Of a stretch of DNA of 64,000 nucleotides, positions 39,465 to 48,749 are shown piece by piece; the stretch's first letter is position 1; every line of letters begins with the position of its first letter. This DNA comes from Occultella glacieicola (GTDB lineage Bacteria > Actinomycetota > Actinomycetes > Actinomycetales > Beutenbergiaceae). A program made the translations under genes and the position numbers. The stretch covers positions 1-64,000 of the forward strand of contig NZ_SMNA01000014.1 in the NCBI RefSeq assembly GCF_004353825.1. Direction: 5' to 3'. The notes beneath the pieces are model-generated. The model worked only from the letters and a program-made list of their open reading frames with translations. It was not told the origin of the DNA and did no database searches.

Positions 39465-40216
39465 TCACCCTGAGAGACGTCCGCAAGAGCTACGAAGACG
39501 AGGTGACGATCGGTCCGGTCGACCTGCAGATCCCGACCGGCGGGATCACCGCGCTCGTGGGACCCAACGGCGCGGGCAAGTCGACCCTGCTGACCATGAT
39601 CGGGCGGCTCCTCGGGATGGACGACGGCGCGATCGAGATCGCGGGGTACGACGTCGCATCCACGGCGTCCAAGGACCTCGCCAGGATCGTGTCGATCCTG
39701 CGGCAGGAGAACCACTTCATCACCCGACTCACGGTGCGGCAGCTGGTCGGCTTCGGACGGTTCCCGTACTCGAAGGGCCGGCTCACCCAGCACTGCGAGG
39801 ACACGATCAGCAAGGCGATCGACTTCCTCGAGCTCACGGAGCTGGAGCACCGATACCTGGACCAGCTCTCCGGCGGACAGCGTCAGCGTGCCTACGTGGC
39901 GATGGTGCTGTGCCAGGAGACCGACCACGTGCTCCTCGACGAACCGCTGAACAACCTCGACATGAAGCACTCCGTGCAGATGATGCGGCACCTGAAGCGA
40001 GCCGCGACCGAACTGGACCGGACGATCATCGTGGTGCTGCACGACATCAACTTCGCCGGCCGGTACGCCGACCACATCTGTGCGGTCAAGGACGGCCGGG
40101 TGGTCGAGTTCGGCACGCCGGCCACGATCATGACAGACGAGGTGCTGACCCGCGTGTTCGACACCGAGGTGCAGGTCATCGACGGGCCGAACGGGGCGCT
40201 GGCGGTCTACTACTGA
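39461..40216 (+). CDS. Iron-siderophore ABC ATP-binding protein
   Basis: GPNGAGKST, LSGGQRQR, LLDEP, VLHDIN. Confidence 0.95.
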   Translation: MITLRDVRKSYEDEVTIGPVDLQIPTGGITALVGPNGAGKSTLLTMIGRLLGMDDGAIEIAGYDVASTASKDLARIVSILRQENHFITRLTVRQLVGFGRFPYSKGRLTQHCEDTISKAIDFLELTELEHRYLDQLSGGQRQRAYVAMVLCQETDHVLLDEPLNNLDMKHSVQMMRHLKRAATELDRTIIVVLHDINFAGRYADHICAVKDGRVVEFGTPATIMTDEVLTRVFDTEVQVIDGPNGALAVYY

Positions 40217-40247
40217 CTCAGGTCGTCGGAACGCTACCGTTGCGGGT

Positions 40248-40676
40248 ATGGCGACCCTGTTCACGCGCATCATCGACGGCGAGATCCCCGGCCGGTTCGT
40301 CTGGTCCGATGAGGTCTGCGTCGCGTTCCTGACCATCGAGCCGCTGCAGCTCGGGCACGTCATGGTCGTGCCCCGCGCGGAGGTCGACCAGTGGGTCGAC
40401 CTGCCCGCGGGCGTGGCCGCGCATGTGTTCGCGGTCGCCCAGGCCATCGGCACCGCCCAGCGGAGCGCGTTCGACGCCGCGCGGATCGGCATGCTGATCC
40501 AGGGGTACGAGATCCCGCACACCCACGTGCACGTGTGGCCGAGCCGGTCCCCCGCCGACTTCGACCTGGGCAGCGCCATGCGCGACGTTCCCGACGCGCA
40601 CGCCGATCACGCCGCGGCCACGCTGCGGGCGCAGCTGCGCGCGGACGGGCACGCGGCGTTCGTACCGGGGGACTGA
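40248..40676 (+). CDS. HIT family nucleotide hydrolase
   Basis: TLFTRIIDGEIP and histidine triad HTHVHV. Confidence 0.93.
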   Translation: MATLFTRIIDGEIPGRFVWSDEVCVAFLTIEPLQLGHVMVVPRAEVDQWVDLPAGVAAHVFAVAQAIGTAQRSAFDAARIGMLIQGYEIPHTHVHVWPSRSPADFDLGSAMRDVPDAHADHAAATLRAQLRADGHAAFVPGD

Positions 40677-40840
40677 GCCCGAGCGGGGCTGGAGTCGCGC
40701 CGAGTCTGATCCGGGGCCGCCGTCACGAGGCGAAGGTGGCGCTGGAGCGAGCCGGAGATTGCCGCCGTTCGCCGGTCGTGACCGTCCCGACTGCGCCGCG
40801 GGCGCGCGAAATCTCGGGCCATCCACACCCTTCGCACGAA

Positions 40841-40862
40841 TGTCGTACGTCTGTTCTAGTGT
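40841..40862 (+). promoter_or_regulatory. Candidate DNA-damage-inducible leaderless promoter (LexA box overlapping a RecA-NDp/PafBC-like motif)
   Basis: TCGTAC-GTCT-GTTCTA (40843-40858) versus TCGAAC-N4-GTTCGA; TGTCGT-N10-TAGTGT versus TGTCGG-N10-TAnnnT; ATG 6 nt downstream. Confidence 0.6.
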
Positions 40863-40868
40863 TGCTGC

Positions 40869-43453
40869 ATGGGGACAAGCACTGCCGACGAGCGGCTCAC
40901 GGACGCCGAGGCTGCCGCACTCACGGCTGCCGATCGTGCCGCTGCCGCGGCGGAGTACGCCTCCTGGCTGGGGGCCGACGGTGAGCTGACCGTCCCGGCC
41001 GAGTGGCTGGCGGAGGTGCCCGAGGAGTTTCTCACCGAGATCTTCGAGACACCCCTTCGCGAACCCGGTGAGTCCGATCCCGAGGTGGCCACCCGCCACG
41101 TCGAAGCCGGCGATCTCGCCGGTGTGGCCCCCGGGCGTGAACTCGTGGACCTCCTGCTGGAGGCGGACCGCTGGCGCGCGGACGCCTACACCACACTGGA
41201 GGAGCTCGCCGCGTGGGATCGGGTCAATTCCTGGGCCGCGGGCCGTGTTCGGGAACTCGCCTCGCTCGTCGGTCAGGATGCACGGCTGGAACTGGGGCCG
41301 GTGGCGCCTCGTGCGGCAGGCACAAGGAACACGAACTTCGCGGGCGAGGAGGTCGCGATGCGGCTGGGGTGCTCGAAGCAGCGGGGCCGCAACCTGATCC
41401 GCAGCGGGGACGCGCTGCGGAACGAGTGCATCCCCACGGCAGACGCCCTCGCAGCCGGTGAGATCGACGCCGCGAAGGCCGAGATCATCGTGGCCGGAGT
41501 CGAACACCTCTCACCGGACCAGGCGCTCGAGGTCCAGGACATCGTGCTCCCCCGGGCGGCGCACCAGCCGCACCACCAGGTCCGTCAGGACGTCGCGCGG
41601 GCGGTCGCCGAGGTGGACCAGGCGAACTTCACGCAGCGGCCGCAGGCGGCCGCGAAGAAGCGCCGCGTCGACCGTCCGCGGCCGCTCGGCGACGGCATGA
41701 GCTCCCTGTACGCCGTGTTGCCGACGCTCGACGCCGCCGCGATGGACGCCGCTCTCGACGGTGCCGCGCGCGCCGCCCGGGCGGCCGGGGACCCGAACAC
41801 CATCGAGGCGTTGCGGGCCGACTTCCTGGGTCTGTTCGGGCACACCGCGCTCGCCACCGGGGCCGTCGAGGTGCGCCTGCCCCTCGACACGGACGGCCCC
41901 ATCGTCGGCGCCACGGTGACGACCTCGGCACCCGTGCCGGGCCCCACTCCCGGGACCCAGGAAGCCGGCGGCACGCGCTCCGGCGGCACCGCGACCGACG
42001 CGACCACGGGCACGAGCCCCTCGGAGCCCGCAGCGCCGGTGGCACGGCCGGATCGGGCCGCCGTCGGGACGGCACCCGTGGGCGGCCCCTGCAGGTTGCC
42101 GCCGGCCGTCCTCGGCCTCGTGGCGCCGTTCGACGCATCCGCTCTGATGGCGGACGGCATCGTGCCCACGGCGGCCGCGACCGCCCGCTACCGCGCGATC
42201 GCCGAGCGCACCGGCATGGACCGGGAGGTGGTCGTCAACGCCATGAGTCCCGCCGGGATCGCGTGGTACCGGGACCGGATCCGCGCGGAGGAGTACCGTC
42301 GGGCGCACGATCCTGCGCACGGCCCCGTGGTCCCGGTCGCGGGCGCACTCCCCGGGATGCCCATGCCGCCCGCTCCTGCGCCGTCACCAGCTCCGACGGC
42401 GGACTCCACCGCGACGAGCCACTCCCCCGGTGTCCGGGCCGGAACCGACCCCGGCGGCGCAGCCCTGCCGACCGGCGCCCAACCGGCCACACCCGCCCCC
42501 GGCGAAGCCCTGCCCAGCGAGACTTCACCAGCCATACCCACCCCCGGCGCAGCCCTACCCACCGGCGCCCAACTGACCACACCCACCCCCGGCGCGGCCC
42601 TGCCCAGCGGGACCTCACCGTCCACACCCACCACCGGCGCAGCGCTGCCCGCACAGCCTCCGACGTCGAGACATCAGCGGGTGGATCCGCTGATGGTCGA
42701 GATTCGCGGCCCGTCCCGGTCCGCGTCCCGGCCCGAGTCTGCGTTCGGCGGGCCGATCCCCGGCGTCGATGGCGACCACCGGACGACCAGCGGGTCGGCC
42801 GTGTCACCGGAGCATGGCCCGCGCAGATGCCGCCGTCGGCGCCCGCGGGGCCCTCCCCAGCGGCGGCGCAGGCGCCGCCGCTGACGGGCACGGTGTTGCA
42901 CCGGTACCCGCTCAGTTCCACCGCCGGGCGTCGGGCCCGGGTGGACGTCACGGTGCCGATCACGACCCTCCTCGGTGGTGATGCCCCGGCCTACGTCACC
43001 TCGCTCGGTCCGATCCCGGCCCACGACGCCCGGGCCCACGCCGCGCATTCGAGCATCCGCCGGTTGCTCACCGATCCGGCGTCCGGCACCGTCCTGGACG
43101 TCGGCACCAGCACCTACCGGCCCCCGGCCCCGCTTGCCGAGCACGTCCGCCACCGCAACCCGGTCTGCGTCGCCCCGGGGTGCACGCAGCCGGCCATCGA
43201 CTCCGAGCTGGACCACACCGTCCCGTACCCGGCCGGACCGACGGCCGCGCACAACCTGGGCCCGCTCTGCAAGCGCCACCACCTGCTGAAGACGCACGCC
43301 GGCTACCGCCTGGTCCAGCCGACGCCGGGCGTCTTCGAGTGGACCACGCCGACCGGGCAGCGCTACCGCAAACTCGCGGACGGCGACACGTTCCATCTCG
43401 AGCGCGAGCCGGAGCCGACGCTCGCCGACCGGGATGAGCCGCCACCGTTCTGA
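40869..43453 (+). pseudogene. DUF222 (13E12-like) / HNH endonuclease gene split by a frameshift
   Basis: The DUF222-like N-part (EVAMRLG, LAAGEIDAAKA, LRAD) is in ORF 40869-42884. The HNH part (LLTDPASG, YRPP, CVAPGC, ELDHTVPY, NLGPLCKRHHLLKT) is in another frame ending at 43453. Confidence 0.8.
42456..42650 (+). repeat. 45-bp tandem repeat, about 4.3 units, alternating A/B types
   Basis: GGCGcaGCcCTgCC recurs at 42456, 42501, 42546, 42591 and 42636. Confidence 0.9.
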
Positions 43454-43515
43454 CCGGCCGCGATCGCGCCCCGGCGCCGCGATCGGCGCGGCTCCCGCCA
43501 CACTATGCTCGGCTC

Positions 43516-43995
43516 ATGCCGACCATCCTCGTCCTCACCGAAGAAGCGCTCCGTGAGAGCGACGTGAAGAAGATCCTCCACCTCCACGACGATCCCGAGG
43601 CCAGGTTCGAGGTGCTCGTCCCGGCGGACACCGAGCGCAACGTCATCACCGACATCATCGACCACCTGAGCCTGTTCGAGATGCATAAGGCCTGGGACAG
43701 CCTCACCCACCGCACTGACGCCCAGACCGCCCGCAGCGAGGCCGACACCGCCCTGAACACCTCGCTGGACCGCTTCTCGGCCGTCGGCGCGGAGGCCTCC
43801 GGATCGGTCATCGCGGACGACCCGCTCCCCGCCCTCACCCAGGCGGTCAACAACCTGCGCGCCGACGAGCTGATCGTGGTCACCCGGCCGCACGCCGTCG
43901 AGGACACGTTCCACCAGGACTGGGCCTCGCGCGCCCGGGAGGAACTCGGCGTGCCGGTGCTGCACTTCTACTCGGGCACCGACTTCGTCGGCTGA
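43516..43995 (+). CDS. Conserved hypothetical protein, universal-stress-protein-like fold
   Basis: ILVLTE...VLVPA...DDPLPAL...ADELIVVT.PH...LGVPVLH pattern; TATGCT -10 element upstream. Confidence 0.65.
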   Translation: MPTILVLTEEALRESDVKKILHLHDDPEARFEVLVPADTERNVITDIIDHLSLFEMHKAWDSLTHRTDAQTARSEADTALNTSLDRFSAVGAEASGSVIADDPLPALTQAVNNLRADELIVVTRPHAVEDTFHQDWASRAREELGVPVLHFYSGTDFVG

Positions 43996-44050
43996 CGCAG
44001 AGCCCGATCAGGCCCGGTCCGAGGGCAGATCGGGGCCGGGTCAGGACCGG

Positions 44051-45292
44051 TCAGAAGCCGCTGTCCGTGGGCCTCGGGTAATAGGTTCGCAGCGCCCGAA
44101 GCTGGTTCACCTGCGCCAGGATCCGGTACAGCCATCGCTTCGGGCTCCGGTCCCCGCGGTACTTCAACGGGTGCACGGCCCGCCGACGCCGCAGGACACC
44201 ACGCGCACGCCCGAGCAGTTCCCGGTCCCGCACGTACCGGCCCAGCACGAAGGTGGGGATGTAGGCGTAGATGCCCTGCGCCGTCGCCCGCTGCGGCTCC
44301 ACCCGTCGCCCACGCACCAGATCCTCGACCAGGACCTGCGCGGTGCTGACCCCACCGACGTTCGCGTAGTAGTGCGAGCGCCCCAGCCGGGGGTTGATGT
44401 CCAGCAGCCGGGCCCGGCCGTCCCGAGGGTCGATCTTGAAGTCGACGCTCGCGAACCCACGGAACCCGACCTCGGCGAGCACGGCGCGAACGGACTCCAC
44501 CAGGTCCGCGTCGTACTCGACCATGATGATCGCCGAGTTCCCGATGAACGTCGGCTGATGCATCGCCAACAACACCCGGCCGGACGCGGCCATCGTCAGG
44601 TCACCATGGGAGTCGACGTAGCAGTTGACGACCCGGTTCCAGGTGTCGTCACCCGGCACGAGTTCCTGCAGCAGCATCGTCCCGCCATACTCCGCGGCGG
44701 CGATCCGCTCCAGCTCGCGCACCAGGGTGTCGGCGTCGTCGAGGGCGTAGACCTTCCGCCGGCCGGCGAACGTCAGCTCCTCGAACTCGGCCCCGGCGAA
44801 CGGCTTCATCACGACCGGGAACGTCAGCTCCCCCGCCGCGGCACGCCAGGCCTGCTCGTCCCTCGGCAGCGCCGCCACCGCCACGGTGGCCGGCGCGAGG
44901 ATCCCGAGCCGCTCCAGCACGGCATACATCGAGGTCTTGTCCGCGAGGGCGGTCACGATCGACTCTGCGGCGAACGGGATCACGTAGTTCGCCTCGAGGC
45001 GCTCCCGGTACCGCAGCACGAACGCGAGCTGGTGATCGGAGTTGACCACCAGGATCCGGTCGGTGTCGGGATGCGCCGCGGCCACGGTGTCGAGCGCGGC
45101 GAGGATCCGCTCGTCATCGGCGTCGTCCCCGACGAACACGTTCTCCAGGATCGCCGAGTCGTTGATCGGGCCGCGCGGCAGCTCGCTGATCACCACCGAG
45201 CGCACCCCGTACGCCTCGTGGAACGAACGCGCCATCGCGTAGATGCCGAGGTCGGTGCCGAGCAGCACCGGGCACAGGGTCCGGTCGGTCAT
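44051..45292 (-). CDS. ATP-grasp carboxylate-amine ligase (D-aspartate ligase-like)
   Basis: PVLLGTDLGIYAMARSFHEAYG, FPVVMKP, LQELVPGDD, DFKIDPRDG..LLDINPRLGRS. Confidence 0.85.
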   Translation of the reverse strand: MTDRTLCPVLLGTDLGIYAMARSFHEAYGVRSVVISELPRGPINDSAILENVFVGDDADDERILAALDTVAAAHPDTDRILVVNSDHQLAFVLRYRERLEANYVIPFAAESIVTALADKTSMYAVLERLGILAPATVAVAALPRDEQAWRAAAGELTFPVVMKPFAGAEFEELTFAGRRKVYALDDADTLVRELERIAAAEYGGTMLLQELVPGDDTWNRVVNCYVDSHGDLTMAASGRVLLAMHQPTFIGNSAIIMVEYDADLVESVRAVLAEVGFRGFASVDFKIDPRDGRARLLDINPRLGRSHYYANVGGVSTAQVLVEDLVRGRRVEPQRATAQGIYAYIPTFVLGRYVRDRELLGRARGVLRRRRAVHPLKYRGDRSPKRWLYRILAQVNQLRALRTYYPRPTDSGF

Positions 45293-45485
45293 GGGCGCAG
45301 CATCCTCCGTGCGGTCCGGGCGTGGCGGGGGCGGTTCGGCGCCGCGGGACCGGCGGCGCAACCGGTGCGGGTGTCTCCCCGCGGCGCGCCGCAGGCACGG
45401 CCCGACGGCGAAACCTGGGCGAGTCTACCGGCCCGCCTTCGGCGCGCCTCTCGAAGGTTGGCCCGGCGCCGCCTAGCCTGAACTG

Positions 45486-46064
45486 GTGAACGTGCAGCAG
45501 ACGCCCGTCGCGCCACCGGACTTCGAGGCGGCTCTGTTGAGCCTGCGTGGGCATCGGATGCGCCCGGAGTTCCACCTCGAGGAGGTGCCGGCGCCGACCC
45601 GGATCGCGCCCTACGCTCTCGCGCTCACCGGCGAGGTCAACCCCACCCGGGACCCGGACGACATGCTCGGCAACGGGCGGTTCGTGGTGCTCTACGACCC
45701 CGAGGGTCAGGAGGCCTGGAACGGGGAGTTCCGAGTGATCATCATGGCCCGCGCCGAGCTCGAGCCGGAGTTCTCCGGTGACCCGCTGCTCGGCGAGGTC
45801 GGCTGGTCCTGGCTCACCGACGCCCTCGAGGCCTCCGGCGCCGACTACCACTCCCTCTCCGGCACCGTCACCCGCGTCCTCTCGGAGACCTTCGGTGGTC
45901 TGCATCTGCGTTCCGGCGAGGTCGAGATCGAGATCAGGGCGTCCTGGACGCCGGGGAGCACCGACCTGGCCCCGCACCTGCGCGCCTGGGCACTGTTGAC
46001 CTGCCAGACGGCGGGCCTGCCGCCGATCCCTGACAACGTGAGCCCACTGAACAGGAAGCGATGA
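45486..46064 (+). CDS. DUF3000 family protein
   Basis: PAPTRIAPY, GRFVVLYDP.G..AW.G, SGTVTR, EIRASWTP; usual neighbour of rnd in actinobacteria. Confidence 0.85.
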   Translation: MNVQQTPVAPPDFEAALLSLRGHRMRPEFHLEEVPAPTRIAPYALALTGEVNPTRDPDDMLGNGRFVVLYDPEGQEAWNGEFRVIIMARAELEPEFSGDPLLGEVGWSWLTDALEASGADYHSLSGTVTRVLSETFGGLHLRSGEVEIEIRASWTPGSTDLAPHLRAWALLTCQTAGLPPIPDNVSPLNRKR

Positions 46065-47347
46065 CCGACGTCGAACCCGACGCCCCGGCGGAACTGATCC
46101 CCCTGCTCGAACCGGCGGAGGGGGTCCCCGAGGTCACCGCGACCGCGGCCGGCCTGGACGAGGTGGTGGCTCGGATGGCTGCCGGCAGCGGCCCCGTCGC
46201 CGTCGACGCGGAACGAGCCTCCGGCTACCGGTACGGCCAGCACGCCTACCTCGTCCAGCTGCGTCGCGCCGGCGCCGGCACCGCGCTCATCGACCCGCGG
46301 GAGCTTCCCGACCTCAGCGAGCTGAGCGCCGCGCTCGACGGCGTCGAGTGGGTGCTGCACGCCGCGAACCAGGATCTGCCGTGCCTCGCGGAACTGAGGT
46401 TCACGCCGTCGCGGCTGTTCGACACCGAGCTCGCCGGGCGTCTCCTCGGACGCGACCGGGTCGGGCTCGGGCCCATGGTGGCGGCGGAGCTCGGGTTCGC
46501 CCTCGCAAAGGAGCACTCGGCCGCCGACTGGTCCGAGCGTCCGCTGCCGCAGAGCTGGCTGCGGTACGCGGCCCTGGACGTCGAGGTGCTCGTCGAACTG
46601 CGGGACGCGCTCGCCGCCGACCTCACCCGGACCGGGAAGGTCGAGTGGGCGGAACAGGAGTTCGAGGCGGTCCGCACCGCGCCACCACCACCCCCGCGCA
46701 CCGACCCCTGGCGCCGCACGTCCGGCACCCACCTGGTCCGGGACGCCCGCGGCCTGGCGATCGTCCGGGAGCTCTGGCACGCCCGCGAGATCGCGGCCGA
46801 ACGGGCTGACATCTCACCCGGTCGGATCCTGCCCGACGCCGCGATCGTCGCGGCCGCTCAGGCCAAGCCACGCGACCGCGCCGCCCTCGCCGAACTGCGC
46901 CCGTTCAAGAGCCGGGGGGCGGCCCGCCGCCTGTCCATCTGGGCGGACGCCGTCGCACGGGCGCTCGCGCTGGAGCCCGGGGAACTCCCGGCCAAGCGCA
47001 CCCCGCTCGGCGACACCCTGCCCCCGCCCCGGGCCTGGCGCGATCGCAACCCCGAGGGCGCCGTCCGCCTCGAGAACGTGCGCCAGGACGTGCGCGCTCT
47101 CGCCGAGGAGCTCCAGCTGCCTCAGGAGAACCTGCTCACCCCGGAGTTCCAGCGCCGGATCTCGTGGGCACCACCCCGTCGGGTCACGGTGGAGACGGTC
47201 GCCGACGCGCTCACCGACCTCGGTGCCCGACGCTGGCAGGTCGACCTCGTCGCCGAGCCGATCGCCCGCGCCCTGGTCGCGCCGCCGCGCCCCCGCGAGC
47301 CCACGGCGACCTCGCAGCCCTCGGAGCCGGCCGGCCCCGGCACCTGA
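46061..47347 (+). CDS. rnd: Ribonuclease D (3'-5' exonuclease plus HRDC)
   Basis: AVDAERASGYRY, LHAANQDL, FDTELA, DWS.RPL, YAALDV. Confidence 0.9.
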   Translation: MTDVEPDAPAELIPLLEPAEGVPEVTATAAGLDEVVARMAAGSGPVAVDAERASGYRYGQHAYLVQLRRAGAGTALIDPRELPDLSELSAALDGVEWVLHAANQDLPCLAELRFTPSRLFDTELAGRLLGRDRVGLGPMVAAELGFALAKEHSAADWSERPLPQSWLRYAALDVEVLVELRDALAADLTRTGKVEWAEQEFEAVRTAPPPPPRTDPWRRTSGTHLVRDARGLAIVRELWHAREIAAERADISPGRILPDAAIVAAAQAKPRDRAALAELRPFKSRGAARRLSIWADAVARALALEPGELPAKRTPLGDTLPPPRAWRDRNPEGAVRLENVRQDVRALAEELQLPQENLLTPEFQRRISWAPPRRVTVETVADALTDLGARRWQVDLVAEPIARALVAPPRPREPTATSQPSEPAGPGT

Positions 47348-47522
47348 CCGGCTCTCACCACGACCGCGCGCCCGGGAACCACCGCGGGCGCGATTCCCGC
47401 GACCCCGGGCCACCCGGCCCGCCGTGCCGCACGCCACCAGCGGCGTATAGAGTGGCCTCGGAGTTACCTAGTACTCGCAGTCCCAGATCAAGTCCCGCAG
47501 ATGTGACCCGGAGGTCGCCACC

Positions 47523-48749
47523 ATGCCCCTGCTCGGTCGAGACGTCGTCCTCGTGGACGCGGTCCGCTCCCCGTTCGGACGCGCCAAGCCCGACGGCCTG
47601 TACGCCCACACCCGCGCGGACGACATCGCCGTCGCCGTGGTCCGGGACCTGCTCCGGCGCAACCCGGGCGTCCCCGTCGAGGCCATCGGGGACGTCGCCA
47701 TCGCTGCGACCACGCAGTCGGGCGACCAGGGCCTGACCCTCGGTCGCACGGTCGCGCTGCTCGCCGGACTGCCCACCACCGTCCCGGGATTCGCGATCGA
47801 CCGCATGTGCGCGGGCGCGATGACCGCCGTCACCACGCTCGCGTCCGGCATCGCGGTCGGTGCCGTCGACGCCGCCCTGGCCGGTGGGGTCGAGCACATG
47901 GGCCGGCACCCGCTCGGCCGGGACGCCGAACCGAACCCCCGGTTCGTCGCGGAGCGGATCGTCTCCGCGGACGCCCTGGTGATGGGCGCCACCGCGGAGA
48001 ACCTGCACGACCGGTTCCCGGCCCTGACGAAGGACCGCGCGGACACATTCGGAGCCGCGTCCCAGGCCAAGTACGCGGCCGCGCTGGCGGCCGGTGACAT
48101 CACGCCGGACCTGGTCCCGGTCGGGGTCCCCGACCCCGACCGCGGCTGGGGCCTGGCCACCGCGGACGAGCCACCCCGGCCCGGCACCACCGTGGCAGGC
48201 ATGGCCGGCCTGCCGACCCCGTTCCGGCCGGGGGGCCGGGTCACCGCGGCGACGTCGTCGCCGTTGACCGACGGGGCGACGGCGGCCCTGCTGGTCGCCG
48301 GTGACGTCGCCTCCGCGTGGGGTCTGGCCCCGAAGCTTCGCCTGGTCTCCTACGCGTACGCGGGCGTACAGCCCGAGGTGATGGGCCTCGGCCCGGTGCC
48401 CGCGACCGAGCGCGCGCTCGAGCTCGCCGGCCTGTCCGTCGCCGACATCGGACTGTTCGAACTGAACGAGGCGTTCGCCGTGCAGGTGCTCTCCTTCCTG
48501 GACGCGTTCGGCATCGCCGACGACGACCCGCGGGTGAACCCGTACGGCGGCGCGATCGCCGTCGGGCACCCGCTCGCCGCCTCCGGCGTGCGCCTCATGT
48601 CCCAGCTCGCCCGCCAGTTCGCCGCCCGTCCTGAGGTGCGCTACGGCCTCACCGCGATGTGCGTCGGGCTGGGCCAGGGTGGCGCCGTCATCTGGGAGAA
48701 CCCGCACCACCCCGACTACTCCGCCGCCAGCGAGGAGAGCAACCGATGA
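47523..48749 (+). CDS. fadA: Acetyl-CoA C-acyltransferase (thiolase)
   Basis: DRMCAGA, ELNEAFA, GGAIAVGHPLAASG, MCVGLGQG. Confidence 0.93.
   Translation: MPLLGRDVVLVDAVRSPFGRAKPDGLYAHTRADDIAVAVVRDLLRRNPGVPVEAIGDVAIAATTQSGDQGLTLGRTVALLAGLPTTVPGFAIDRMCAGAMTAVTTLASGIAVGAVDAALAGGVEHMGRHPLGRDAEPNPRFVAERIVSADALVMGATAENLHDRFPALTKDRADTFGAASQAKYAAALAAGDITPDLVPVGVPDPDRGWGLATADEPPRPGTTVAGMAGLPTPFRPGGRVTAATSSPLTDGATAALLVAGDVASAWGLAPKLRLVSYAYAGVQPEVMGLGPVPATERALELAGLSVADIGLFELNEAFAVQVLSFLDAFGIADDDPRVNPYGGAIAVGHPLAASGVRLMSQLARQFAARPEVRYGLTAMCVGLGQGGAVIWENPHHPDYSAASEESNR

Noticed and set aside
42456..42650. Regularly spaced repeats as a possible CRISPR array
   Set aside because: The intervening sequences are themselves repeated (A-B-A-B), the period is an in-frame 45 bp within a CDS, and no cas genes are present.
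47347..47420. GC-rich hairpins after rnd (also after 43453 and 43995) as terminators or REP elements
   Set aside because: Stems are short or imperfect, lack U-tracts and do not share sequence with each other, so they cannot be told from chance.
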